A model generated the notes under the pieces. That model was not told the origin of the DNA. It saw only the letters and a list, made by a program, of their open reading frames with translations, and did no database searches. A stretch of 63,764 nt of DNA, filler included, from Octopus bimaculoides (lineage: Eukaryota): assembly GCF_001194135.2 (NCBI RefSeq). It is 8 parts of 7 records of this genome, joined end to end, with 100 filler letters (N's around TTAATTAATTAA, not from the genome) between each part and the next. Parts side by side here need not be neighbours in the genome. Positions count along the whole stretch, not along the records: positions 33,377 to 40,633 come from NC_068986.1; positions 40,734 to 56,243 come from NC_068981.1; 6 more parts are not named here. One strand, written 5' to 3'. This document shows, piece by piece, positions 38,561 through 50,835 of the stretch; position 1 is the first letter of the stretch; each line of letters starts with the position of its first letter. The position numbers and the translations under genes are program-made.

Positions 38561-39988
38561 GATATATATACATGTGAGGATGTGTGGATGTGTGTGTCTT
38601 TGTGTTTGTATCTGACCCCCCCCTCCCCNNNNNNNNNNNNNNNNNNNNNNNNNNNNNNNNNNNNNNNNNNNNNNNNNNNNNNNNNNNNNNNNNNNNNNNN
38701 NNNNNNNNNNNNNNNNNNNNNNNNNNNNNNNNNNNNNNNNNNNNNNNNNNNNNNNNNNNNNNNNNNNNNNNNNNNNNNNNNNNNNNNNNNNNNNNNNNNN
38801 NNNNNNNNNNNNNNNNNNNNNNNNNNNNNNNNNNNNNNNNNNNNNNNNNNNNNNNNNNNNNNNNNNNNNNNNNNNNNNNNNNNNNNNNNNNNNNNNNNNN
38901 NNNNNNNNNNNNNNNNNNNNNNNNNNNNNNNNNNNNNNNNNNNNNNNNNNNNNNNNNNNNNNNNNNNNNNNNNNNNNNNNNNNNNNNNNNNNNNNNNNNN
39001 NNNNNNNNNNNNNNNNNNNNNNNNNNNNNNNNNNNNNNNNNNNNNNNNNNNNNNNTTTCAAGTTGTTCTTTTGAAACGATTGCTTTTATAGAGAAATAAT
39101 TTCGTTAAGTTAAAAGATAATGAACATATTATAAACCAAGAAGAAGAAGGAGGAGGAGGGGGAGAAGGAGAAGGAGGAGGAGGAGACGAAGAAGAAGAAG
39201 AAGACGAAGGAGGGGGGGGAGAAGAAGAAGAAGAAGAAGAAGAACAACAACAACAACAACAACAACAGTGGTTTTATTTTATTTGAGTAAAGTTTTAAAA
39301 GAAAAACGTGTTCAGAAATAGACTTTAGTTTGATTATCACAAATAAATCTAGAAGAGCGAGATGAGTGTAAAAATTTCATCAGACAGGATGTATTTAGGA
39401 TTGAGTGAATACCTAATATTAAGATAAGTCATTGATAAGAAATTGAGATAAACTCTATTCTAGGACCTTATCTGAAAACAGCACAATAGTAATGGGTGTA
39501 CACTTGAAATATGTAATGGCTTTGGCTCCAAGATAGAGGTGTTGTATGACAGGCTTCTCACGATTAGGATCTGAATGGCTGAGTTCTTATCGCTCGCTAG
39601 ATTAAGTGTCAAGGACCTTTTGCAAAGAACTGTAGAACTTCAGATAAAACAAATGGTTGTTCTTATCAAAAGTATGTTAGATATCTTCTAGTATCTAAGG
39701 CCAGAGGGAAATATTTTCTTTTGGTCAGATTTACACTGACATCATTCTGCTGTTAGCATAGATTGCAAAATTTTGTAAAGATTTGTTCTTTTTGGCTTCC
39801 AACATCTTTTAATGAAGCCAAGTAAGAGATTAGAAAAACCCCAAAGAGTAAACAATAGATTGTGTAAAAATAAATACGGAATGATAAGTAACAAACATAT
39901 TTGTGTTGATAAATGGATGTGAAACAGCACAATAGATATCGAATAAATTAGTAACAAGATGTGGCATGGTGGAGGCTGTTCTATATGT

Positions 39989-40041
<53 letters not shown>

Positions 40042-40177
40042 TTGGGCAAATCTTTTATAAGATAATCAGAATTTGAATTACATATCTCTATATGTGTGCA
40101 GTTGTATATAAACAGACACTTATATATACATATATATATATATGCTCTCACACGCACACACACATTCAAACACAAAC

Positions 40178-40222
<45 letters not shown>

Positions 40223-40304
40223 AGTGTGTATACTTAAATTATGTATTACATATATTTAAAAGGTTGGCCCCATATAAAGGAAAAGGCGCAGTTATATATA
40301 TATA

Positions 40305-40633
40305 TAGTATCTTGAGAGAAAAGCTGAACATTAGAAGCATCAGTTGTGGTGTGCAAGAGAGACGATTGCGCTGGTATGGACATGTGGTGAGAATGGATGA
40401 GGATAGCTGCGTGAAAAAGTGCCACACCCTAACAGTTGAGGGAACCCGTGGAAGAGGTAGGCCCAGGAAGACCTGGGCTGAGGTGGTGAGGCAAGACCTT
40501 CGTACATTGGGCCTCACCGAGGCGATGACTACTGACCGAGACCTTTGGAAATGTGCTGTGCGTGAGAAGACCCGGCAAGCCAAGTAAGATCATTGCCAGT
40601 GCCCCTGGACTGGTTCTTGTGCGGGTGGCACAT
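40305..40633 (+). mobile_element. 5'-truncated RTE LINE, ORF2 C-terminus
   Basis: ILREKLNIRSISCGVQERRLRWYGHVVRM...RGRPRKTW...DRDLWKCAVREKTRQAK*. Confidence 0.85.
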
Positions 40634-41234
40634 NNNNNNNNNNNNNNNNNNNNNNNNNNNNNNNNNNNNNNNNNNNNTTAATTAATTAANNNNNNNNNNN
40701 NNNNNNNNNNNNNNNNNNNNNNNNNNNNNNNNNATATATATATATATATATACGCATAGATGCACGCAGACATGCACACACAAAACTCAAATGCAGCCTC
40801 ACACTAACTAATAGTGTTAACTAATAGAGTCTCTGATATACAAATAAAGGGATGGTCACGGCTGGAAAACTACCATAGGTCTGTTCAGTGATGGTTAACC
40901 TGGGCTTGAGAAACAATAGCAGCAGCAACAACAAAGCTATCAGCAACAACAATAACAATTCGGATCAGCCGGCCCCTAAACAATCATCATTACTAGGATC
41001 CCCTTTCTCCCCTATTAAACAGTGGAACGACAAAACAACAACCGTCACGAATCCTCCACCAGCCGTTCCACCACGGTCGTATTGGAGTGGTTGTAACTCA
41101 TTCGACAGGTGATAATACGTTTCTGTATGTATGTATGTATGTATGTATGTATGTATGTATGTAGGTATGTAGGTATGTAGGTATGTATGTTNNNNNNNNN
41201 NNNNNNNNNNNNNNNNNNNNNNNNNNNNNNNNNN

Positions 41235-41306
<72 letters not shown>

Positions 41307-41685
41307 CTTTTCTTTGAGTTTTATTTTATGTTCTTCTTGAAAGAGTTCAAGCCGTTCGCTAACAAAGCGACGAGACTTCGGTTTAGAGAATTCTCGGTGT
41401 TTCGAAATATGTACGTACGTACTTATGCATGTATGTATGTATGTATGTATGTATGTATGTACGTACGTATGTATGTATGTATGTGTGTGTATATGTATGT
41501 ATGTACGTATGTATGTATGTATGTATGTGTGTGTGTATGTATGTATGTATGTATGTATGTTTGTACGCATGCATGAATGTATGTATGTTTGTATACAGGT
41601 GTACATACATACATACATACATAAATACACATACACATTCATACATACATACATACATACATACATGCATGCATACATACATACA

Positions 41686-41716
<31 letters not shown>

Positions 41717-42177
41717 GAATATTTCTTTGAAAATCAAAAGGAAAGAAAATAACTATGGACAACTGCTTCGAAACCTCCAGCTTTTATATCCGGATTAAAA
41801 ATTTTGCGTTTGTACCAGTAATAACTGGGGCACTTGGTTTTGTAAGTAAATGCCTAATTGTCAGTCTGGATACGCTTGAATTTTCAGAGTAAAAAAAAAA
41901 CCCCCAAAAAAACCATCAACCGATTCGCATGTTACAAATGCAATCTGTAAGATTTTTCTCAGATTTAAAATGTGACATTATTTTCGTTATCTACATTCCA
42001 ATGTATCTTTGTTAGAAACCAGTTCCTTCTTAAAAAGAAGAAATTGAATAATTAAAAAAGAGAAGATACAAAAATATATAGAGATATCTTAAATAAAATA
42101 TTCCAATTGGTATCACTAAGATCTCGACATGTTATCCTAAGATTTATTTGCACGTATTAAGTTTGTATATGTAATGT

Positions 42178-42209
<32 letters not shown>

Positions 42210-42238
42210 CTGTCTCTCTATCTCTCTCACTCACTCTC

Positions 42239-42322
<84 letters not shown>

Positions 42323-42354
42323 ATCAATCTAGCTACCTGTGTGTGTGTGTATTG

Positions 42355-42730
42355 GTGAAGGAGTGGCTGTGTGGTAAGAAGCTTGCTTCCCAAGCACATG
42401 GTTCCGGGTTCAGACCCACTGCGTGGCACGTTGGGCAAGTGTCTTCTACTATATCCAAAGCCTTGTGAGTGGATTTTTTCTAGATAGAAACTGAAAGAAT
42501 CCCGTCGTATATATGTATATTCATATATATGTATATTCATATATATGTATCCATGACAACCGGTGCTTGTGTTTTTACGTCCCCGTAACTTAGTGGTTCG
42601 GCATAAGTAACCGATAGAATATGTACCAGGCTTTTAAGAAAAAATACTGGGGTCGATACATTCGATTAGTATTTCAAGGCGGTGCCCCAGTATGGCTGCA
42701 GTTTAATGAAACAAAAGATAAAAGATAAAA
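42355..42730 (+). mobile_element. SINE C, near full length
   Basis: ggagtggctgtgtggtaagaagc...ggttccgggttcagaccc...ggtgccccagtatggctgcag. Confidence 0.8.
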
Positions 42731-42774
42731 GGATCCATATATATATATGGATCCTGGATGGATTTTGAGATCAT

Positions 42775-43345
42775 TCAGAACCACGAAAAGGATACCACGC
42801 TACATGGTATTCTTATGGAGAACTTTCGTTCTCAGTCGTCTGGATTACTGCTCCTAACTGTGATCGCAGCAGAGCGTGAAACTGATGGCGGAACTTGAGT
42901 TAATCCAGCGCTGCTTCACAGAGAAGATTGACTAAATGAAAGAGATGAGCTGCAGGGAGAGACTAAAGGAACTGAAGCTCAACTCCCTAGAGAGAAGGCG
43001 TGAGAAATATGCAGTGATATACATATGGAAGATCCTGGAAGGTCTATCTCCCAATTTTGGAACTGAAAGCTATACCAATTACCGAACTGGATGGTACTGC
43101 ATAGTACCTAAAGTCCCCTCTTCTCCAACTAGCATAACCACCCAGTATTGTAACAGCTTGGCTTCAAGGGTCCACAACTATTCAACATTCTCCCAAACAA
43201 CATCAGAGATTTGCGATGTGTAGATGTGGAAGTTTTCAAAGAGCTTTAGGCAAATTTCTATCTGAGATACCAAATGAACCCACATTGCGACAGGAGGTAC
43301 AAAGAATAGCAACTCCGTCCAGTTCGCTACTTCAGAAACAGTGCA
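42775..43345 (+). mobile_element. CR1-like LINE ORF2 C-terminal fragment
   Basis: ERLKELKLNSLERRREKYAVIYIWKILEGL...FKRALGKFLSEIPNEP. Confidence 0.8.
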
Positions 43346-43426
43346 GGAAAAGAAATTCAAACACACTGAAAGGTGGTGCGCCAGCATGGTGGCCCCAGTG
43401 TCCGGCTGAAACCAGTGTACTTGATA

Positions 43427-43465
<39 letters not shown>

Positions 43466-43611
43466 TTTTTGGGACCAATGAGTATTCGTCAATTAGTGTG
43501 TTGATGTGTTAAGTAAAGCACTAGCACGGGTTGAGTTACCTGGTGTCATCCGCAGTTGAGGTACATTTCCGTTGGATCTATTTCAGGAATTCCGCAGTGT
43601 TAGTTGGGATA

Positions 43612-43921
43612 ATAATTGATTAATGAAACAGATGAATTTGGTATTCCGTACGACGATCGTTTCGACCCATCCTACGACTGTCCTTCATGTGTGGAGTGAT
43701 GTACATCGTATTATGTTGCACCAACATAACTGCTGAACTCAGTATTTTTAGCGGGACACCTCTTTATGCATGCATGTACCTGATGTGATCCAGACTGCAA
43801 AATTGATGCACTACAATATGATGCACATCATCCAACACATAAAAGCAGCCGCAGGATGGATCGAAACGATCGCCGTACGGAATAAAGACCAATACCAAAA
43901 ACATCTGTTTCATTAATCGAT

Positions 43922-43924
<3 letters not shown>
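43612..43924. repeat. Fold-back element with two diverged ~130-bp inverted arms
   Basis: ataattgattaatgaaacagatg...cgtacgacgatcgtttcgacccatcct versus aggatggatcgaaacgatcgccgtacgg...catctgtttcattaatcgattat. Confidence 0.75.
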
Positions 43925-43976
<52 letters not shown>

Positions 43977-44206
43977 CTACATATATATATAGCTGCAGCC
44001 GTGGGTGTATGATAAACTTGTTTCCAAACACATGACTTCGGGTTCAGTCTCACTGCGTGGAATCTTGGGCAAGTGTATCCTACTATTGTCTCAAACCGAC
44101 CAAAGCTTTGTAAGGAATGGCTTAGCCCCGGTAAACAAGCGACACCGCGCATGAAACAAGATCTTCATCCGCGTAAAACGATGTTGTGCGTATATATATA
44201 TATATA

Positions 44207-44690
44207 TTGGGTTGGCAACTAAGTTCCCGCCGTTTTTTGTAATTTAATTTTTTTTTAAAGGCTTAATAAAAAATAACAACTAATTAATCAATAATGTGTT
44301 CACCTTTGGTGTTTACAACTTCTTCCCAACATTCAACAAGATTTTCAATACCTCGTTGGTAGAAATCACCCGATTTCGACTTGAGAAATTGATCCAACCA
44401 AGTTCCCAATTCTGCATCAGTATTGAACGAAGCTCCGCGCATAGCATTTGAAAGAGATCGAAAGAGGTGGAAATCTGTTGATGCCAAATCAGGCGAGTAC
44501 GGCGGGTGTGGCAGCACTTCCTAGCCATGCGTTTGAATGGCTTCCTTGGTCATATTGGCGATATAAGGGCGGGCGTTGCCGTGCAGCAAAAGAACTCCAT
44601 GCTGCCGATTAGGTCTTTTCTCTTGAATAGCCGTGTTGAGTCGTTCCATCTGTTGAACATAGAGTTCTGCGTTGACCGTCAAGTATCATT
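44207..44690 (-). mobile_element. mariner 3' fragment with TIR
   Basis: LLLHGNARPY...HG*EVLPHPPYSPDLASTDFHLF...KGEHIID*; TIR ttgggttggcaactaag next to a (TA)n run. Confidence 0.9.
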
Positions 44691-45515
44691 TTTTGTTTTT
44701 CTTTATCGCCTATTCTTTATCCGCCGATTATTCTACATCGCTAAACCTATAGTTTATTTTATCACTGCTTCTTTGCTGTCCCCTATAGATTCTACAATAA
44801 TAGAAAGATCCAATACCTTTATGCCAGAGAATAAGACAAACAGCAAAAGTATAGCTGTGTAACTTACACGATAAAAGCTAAAATGTATTCGTGTGTTTAG
44901 GAATGAACACGGAATATTTTATTTCTTGTGACTGGTGGGATTCACAGCAGCAGCAGCTGATGCAGATGCAGTAGCAGCAGTAGAAGCAGCAACAGCAGAA
45001 GCAACAGCAGCAGTCTCGGTAATAGCATTTTTAAAAAAGAAGCGGTTGCTGTAGTAAGTAGTCGTTATCTAGTCCCATTTATTTCTTGATTGGGCACGCT
45101 AATGATCAAAGGTTTTCCAGCCGTGACCATTGCATCTTATTATTAGGAATAGTGTAATTCATACTACATTACGCAACTATTTTCACTGTACCCAGCCATT
45201 TTTAAAAAAGAAGTTAAGGGTTTGGTGTGGTTTAAAAGCGAGATCTGGCTGCTGCTTCTGACAGATCGAGCGACCATGTGGAAGCTGCGTTTTTCAGGAG
45301 TTGTTGAAAATTAAGCGGTAAAGAGAGGCAGCAGCAAGAAAATAGCAGATGTAATTGAAAAATGGAAATATAAAGCAAAATTGAAAGACTGGATTTGGCA
45401 GGGTTGGGGTTGTCTGTAGGCGGAGTGAAAGCTATCTAGCCAATAGGAATAGAGTAAAAAGAGGTGGGTTGAGGAACAGACAAAACGTGAACTTGTGATA
45501 TGAATGATGAAAAAT

Positions 45516-45560
<45 letters not shown>

Positions 45561-46519
45561 NNNNNNNNNNNNNNNNNNNNNNNNNNNNNNNNNNNNNNNN
45601 NNNNNNNNNNNNNNNNNNNNNNNNNNNNNNNNNNNNNNNNNNNNNNNNNNNNNNNNNNNNNNNNNNNNNNNNNNNNNNNNNNNNNNNNNNNNNNNNNNNN
45701 NNNNNNNNNNNNNNNNNNNNNNNNNNNNNNNNNNNNNNNNNNNNNNNNNNNNNNNNNNNNNNNNNNNNNNNNNNNNNNNNNNNNNNNNNNNNNNNNNNNN
45801 NNNNNNNNNNNNNNNNNNNNNNNNNNNNNNNNNNNNNNNNNNNNNNNNNNNNNNNNNNNNNNNNNNNNNNNNNNNNNNNNNNNNNNNNNNNNNNNNNNNN
45901 NNNNNNNNNNNNNNNNNNNNNNNNNNNNNNNNNNNNNNNNNNNNNNNNNNNNNNNNNNNNGGTCGTGGTGGTGGAGTAGTGATGATGGTGGTAGTGATGG
46001 TCGGAATGGTGATGATATTGGTGGTGGTAGTGATTGTGGGGGGAGGGGGTTAGTGATGGTAGTGGTGGTGGTGGTGGTGGTGGTGTTAATGATGGTTGAG
46101 GTAATGAAAATGAATTTGGTGTTAGTGTTATTGTTGGTGGTGGTGACGACAGCAGCATCAGCAGCAGCAATAACAGAGTTTAAACCACAGCAGAAGCAGC
46201 AGTAACCAGTAAGCTTGGAGCAACAAACAAGAAAAGGGAAAAAAGAAAAAGTAGCAGGTGAAAGTAGAAGCAGGAGGTGGAGAAAAAGAAAGAAAGGAGA
46301 GGAGGGAAAACGGAAAACAAGATGTTGAAGGAGAAAGGAGAAAGGAAGGGTGGGAGAAGAAGTGGGAGAAGAGAGGAAAATGCAAAAAAGATGAACATGA
46401 AGAATAAGGGAGGGAAAGGGAAGAGGTGGAAGAAGAATAAAGAAGTCGGGGGGAAAGGGAGAGTAAGAACTTGAAAACAACAATAACATGACTAGCATTA
46501 ACAAATGACTATATTGGTT

Positions 46520-46700
46520 TCAGATTTTGGCCCAAGGCCAGCAGTTTTGGTGAGGAGGAGCTAAGTCGATTAAATCGACCCCAACATTCAACCAGTTCTT
46601 ATTTTATCGACCCCGAAAAGATGATAGGCAAAGTTGACCCCGGCGGAATTTGAACTCAGAATGTAAAGACGGACGAAGTACTGCCAAGCAGTTTGAACAA
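46520..46700 (-). mobile_element. SINE B
   Basis: aggcaaagttgaccccggcggaatttgaactcagaatgtaaagacgg. Confidence 0.75.
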
Positions 46701-46760
46701 ATGACTATATTGAAAAGCACTCTCAGATAAAGAAAAGTTTTTTTTAATTTATAAATTAAC

Positions 46761-46927
46761 AGTGGCTGTGTGGTAAGTAGCTTGCTTACGAACCACATGG
46801 TTCTGGGTTCAGTCCCACTGCGTGGCATCTTGGGCAAGTGTCTTCTGCTATAGCCTCGGGCCGACCAAAGCCTTGTGAGTGGATTTGGTAGACGGAAACT
46901 GAAAGAAGCCCGTCGTATATATGTATA

Positions 46928-46963
<36 letters not shown>

Positions 46964-47186
46964 GTGCGTGTGTATATTTGTGTGTCTGTGTTTGTCCCCA
47001 CCCCCCAACATCGCTTGACAACCGATGCTGGTGTGTTTACGTCCCCGTAACTTAGCGGTTCGGCATAAGAGACCGATAGAACAAGTACTAGGCTTACAAA
47101 GAATAAGTCCTGGGGTCAATTTGCTCGACTAAAGGCGGTGCTCCAGCATGGCCACAGTCAAATGACTGAAACAAGTAAAAGAGTAA
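46761..47186 (+). mobile_element. SINE C full length with internal TA/TG microsatellite
   Basis: tRNA-like head (tggctgtgtgg; gggttcagtccc), central microsatellite, conserved 3' gatagaacaagtact...aaatgactgaaacaagtaaaag. Confidence 0.85.
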
Positions 47187-47309
47187 CATAGCAATAACTG
47201 TGGTTATAGCCGCAACAATAAGAACAACAAGTACAACAATAGCTACAACATAGTCGCTCAACCTGGTAGAAATAACAGTCAAATGTCCTCGAAATCTCAC
47301 CCTACCATC

Positions 47310-47540
47310 TAATAAGTTACTTAAGCCATTTGCTCCTTGTAGGGCATGAACCATTGCTGACTTCTCTTCACTGTTCTTAGCTCCAGGCTGTCTTTTCCGT
47401 TTCTCTCCCGTTGGATCCGGGCTATTTCAACTCATCCTCAGTGTCCCAACTCCATTTATTTCCAGGGTGACCTCTCTTTCGTCTTCTTTGGACGTTTCAG
47501 TTCACAATGTGACATGTCTCTAAGAAAGAGCCTTCCTCTA
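47310..47540 (-). mobile_element. RTE LINE ORF2 extreme C-terminus (second RTE family)
   Basis: Hand translation IVN*NVQRRRKRGHPGNKWSWDTEDELK...SCPTRSKWLK*. Confidence 0.7.
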
Positions 47541-47543
47541 ACA

Positions 47544-48234
47544 CATTGGTTCTCGACCAGGGTCCATATGGTCTTGGGAGTCTATATAGGATTTTGTTGT
47601 TTAAAATTATGCGCAGTAAATCAGTTATACTTCTACAATACGTTAATTTTTTTTTTAATATGTTAATTTTAAAAAAATATAAAATATGTTAATTTTTTTA
47701 AAAATACAATTCCTAATACTTTTGTTGGCACTCCGTCGCTTACGACGTCGAGGGTTCCAGTTGATCCGATCAACGGAACAGCCTGCTCGTGAAATTAACG
47801 TGCAAGTGGCTGAGCACTCCACAGACACGTGTACCCATAACGTAGTTCTCAGGGATATTCAGCATGACACAGTGTGACAATGCTGACCCTTTGAATTACA
47901 GGCACAACAGAAACAGGAAGTAAGAGTGAGAGAAAGTTGTGGTGAAAGAGTACAGCAGGGTTCGCCACCATCCCCTGCCGGAGCCTCGTGGAGCTTTAGG
48001 TGTTTTCGCTCAATAAACACTCACAACGCCCGGTCTGGGAATCGAAACCGCGATCCTATGACCGCGAGTCCGCTGACCTAACCACTGGGTCATTGCGCCT
48101 CCACTCCTAATACTATTTCATTATAAAAATACAATAGAGTCTTTTTAAAACTTCGAATGCTCATGAGGGTCCAGGAGAGTCAAATAGGAATCAAAGAGTT
48201 CATTCAAATACAAAGAAATGGTTATGAACCACTA
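47544..48234. mobile_element. hAT MITE (older) interrupted by SINE A
   Basis: TIRs cattggttctcgacc / ggttatgaaccacta; internal similarity to the MITE at 48642; TSD only partly conserved. Confidence 0.65.
47721..48104 (-). mobile_element. SINE A (tRNA-derived), full length, 10-bp TSD
   Basis: Head gtggaggcgcaatgacccagtggttag...ggtttcgattcccag; tail gacggagtgccaacaa; TSD TCCTAATACT at 47711-47720 and 48105-48114. Confidence 0.92.
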
Positions 48235-48239
48235 CTTTA

Positions 48240-48470
48240 TCTGGTGATGGTTTTGTATTGCCATAGATGTTTGAGCAACTTTGCTTCTTTGTAGGTGAGT
48301 GTGCTGATCCTACACAAACCCATTTTTATTACTGGGTCCATATTAGTCTGGTCTCTTTTCTTTGATCTGTCCAGCATAGGAGGCCCTACAAGGAATTTGC
48401 TCCGTTGGCATAGCTCTCAGGATCATTGAGACACATAAGCTACGACACTGCAACAAGGACTGGGCTTCGT
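48240..48470 (-). mobile_element. RTE-type 5' UTR fragment
   Basis: gcttatgtgtctcaatgatcctgagagctatgcc...gtagggcctcctatgctggacagatcaaag...accagact resembles recalled RTE 5' ends. Confidence 0.5.
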
Positions 48471-48641
48471 GGTGGACCATCTTATACGTGGAAGGACACA
48501 TTGATGGCCAGAGCTTCATCACCTTTGATCTTAGAGGCCCGTTTGATTAGGGGCTAAATGGGGGTAAATTATAACAAGAACAACAACAACGACAATAGTA
48601 ATGTAAACCACGACTACTCGCCAATGAAAAAGCATCTACAT

Positions 48642-48813
48642 CAGGAGTTCTCAACTAGGGTCCATATAACCCTTGGAGGTCCATGTAAGATTTTATTGTG
48701 AAAACTGATGCGCAATAAATTGGTCATAATTCTACAATACACAAAATATTTTAACAATAGATAAAAATAGGAGTCAAAGGGGTCCATAGGCCAAAAAGAG
48801 TTGAGAAACACTG
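48642..48813. mobile_element. hAT MITE, 172 bp
   Basis: TIRs caggagttctcaact / agttgagaaacactg; perfect TSD ATCTACAT at 48634-48641 and 48814-48821. Confidence 0.9.
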
Positions 48814-49159
48814 ATCTACATAGATGCTTGACATTTTTTTTTTATAAATAGTTGCTAAAATCTCTCTCAAATTGAACGTTACGTTTTTTTAAAAAAGGAC
48901 ACTTTAATTAATATTGCTCGTAATACGCGTTATCTAAAAAATAACAACAGCAAAAAGCGGAATGGCCATTGTTGGAATACTTTTGATCATAGTTCTGCTC
49001 AGTCAATGTTGATCTAACGTTAAAAAAGAAAAACAGCAGCAGCAGTAGGGGCTACATTTGCAACAAAATGTTGGTAACGGGCACCAGCCGCAACCACATT
49101 TGTATAACGAGACAACAGATACCATCTGGGTGATCACACGTCCCGCTAGAAAAATCAGT

Positions 49160-49874
49160 CAAGTGATCACTCCAAACACCATGATGTTGACTGATGTTTG
49201 ATTTTTATCACTCTCGCTACATGTTTTGGGGACACGGTAAGCCAACGGTTGTTCTGTGTGTTCACCATCTGATCCTAGCAGCAATTTTTCTCATCTGAGA
49301 AAAACCAAAGCATGTTTGGTTGTAGGGAATGCTTGAGTTTGTTCCAAAGCTTCGTAGTGCGGTCTTTCCTCTTGTCCTTGATGACTTGAGATAAAAATTG
49401 GCCCTTTCTCATCTTGTATGAGAATACCGAATGTGTTCATGCACTACGTGCCTAAGAAACTTTGGCACTTTTATGTCCCTGACGATTGATCTGATTGATT
49501 TCGAGGGATCGTTGTCAATCAAGGCCTGCTTCACACCAACAAATTCATTCAATCAGAGTGAGTTTTCCGAACTGCCGTACCTTCGTAATCACCATTAAAC
49601 TCATCCAACTCTTTCCGAATCCTCTGCACTGTCCTCAGATCGACACTCAAACACTCTGAAATGTTCGTACTGGAGCTTTCGGCGCGAATGCCAAGCAGTA
49701 CAGCATATCGTTTCCAAATTTCTGGCCGGGTGAATTGTGTCATGGTTCTGGTTTTCTCACAGATGGAGCCCAACTGACCCTACTATGCTGTGTAGTCGAC
49801 AGAATCAAAAACACTCAATGCGCAAGTGCGAAATTAAAAGTATAGAATGGCAACAATTTACCCATCGCACCCTG
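49160..49874 (-). mobile_element. Tc1/maT-like (DD37D-type) transposon 5' part
   Basis: ta|cagggtgcgatgggtaaattg TIR; MTQFTRPEIWKR...IDNDPSKSIRSI...NMLWFFSDEKN. Confidence 0.75.
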
Positions 49875-49934
49875 TATATGTACATGTATGTGTGTTTATA
49901 TACATACATACATACATACATACATAATACATAC

Positions 49935-50165
49935 ATACAGATTCTTTTATTCTTTTACTTGTTTCAGTCATGTGACTGCGGCCATACTGGATCACCACCT
50001 TAAAGGGATTTTTAGTCGAAGAAATCGGCCTCAGGACTTATTCTTTGTAAGCCTAGTACTTATTCTATGGGACTCTTGTGCTGAACCGCTAAGATACGGG
50101 AACGTAAACACACTAACATCGGTTGTCAAGCGATGGTGGGGGACAAACACAGACACAAAGGCATA
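49935..50165 (-). mobile_element. SINE C 3' half
   Basis: tttcagtcatgtgactgcggccatactgg...aagcgatggtgggggacaaacacagacac. Confidence 0.75.
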
Positions 50166-50787
50166 CGCATAACTATATACATACATACATACATACATAC
50201 ATACATACATACATGCATAAATACATACATACATATATATATATATAAAATATACAAGAATAAGGGCTTTCCCTCCGGTTTTTTGTTCTATGTGTGCCAT
50301 AAATATCGCCATCCACTTTAGAGAAAATTTGTAGTTTGGAATCAGTAGTTCTTTGACTGCTATTTCTAAATTTTCAGTATGTTGGAGAAGCAACTCAATT
50401 GCTAATCNNNNNNNNNNNNNNNNNNNNNNNNNNNNNNNNNNNNNNNNNNNNNNNNNNNNNNNNNNNNNNNNNNNNNNNNNNNNNNNNNNNNNNNNNNNNN
50501 NNNNNNNNNNNNNNNNNNNNNNNNNNNNNNNNNNNNNNNNNNNNNNNNNNNNNNNNNNNNNNNNNNNNNNNNNNNNNNNNNNNNNNNNNNNNNNNNNNNN
50601 NNNNNNNNNNNNNNNNNNNNNNNNNNNNNNNNNNNNNNNNNNNNNNNNNNNNNNNNNNNNNNNNNNNNNNNNNNNNNNNNNNNNNNNNNNNNNNNNNNNN
50701 NNNNNNNNNNNNNNNNNNNNNNNNNNNNNNNNNNNNNNNNNNNNNNNNNNNNNNNNNNNNNNNNNNNNNNNNNNNNNNNNNNNNNNN

Positions 50788-50835
<48 letters not shown>

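Noticed and set aside
39740-39960. LLGFIKRCWK...LYK resembling CR1/L2 RT C-terminus
   Set aside because: Single short motif with no supporting flanks; too weak to call
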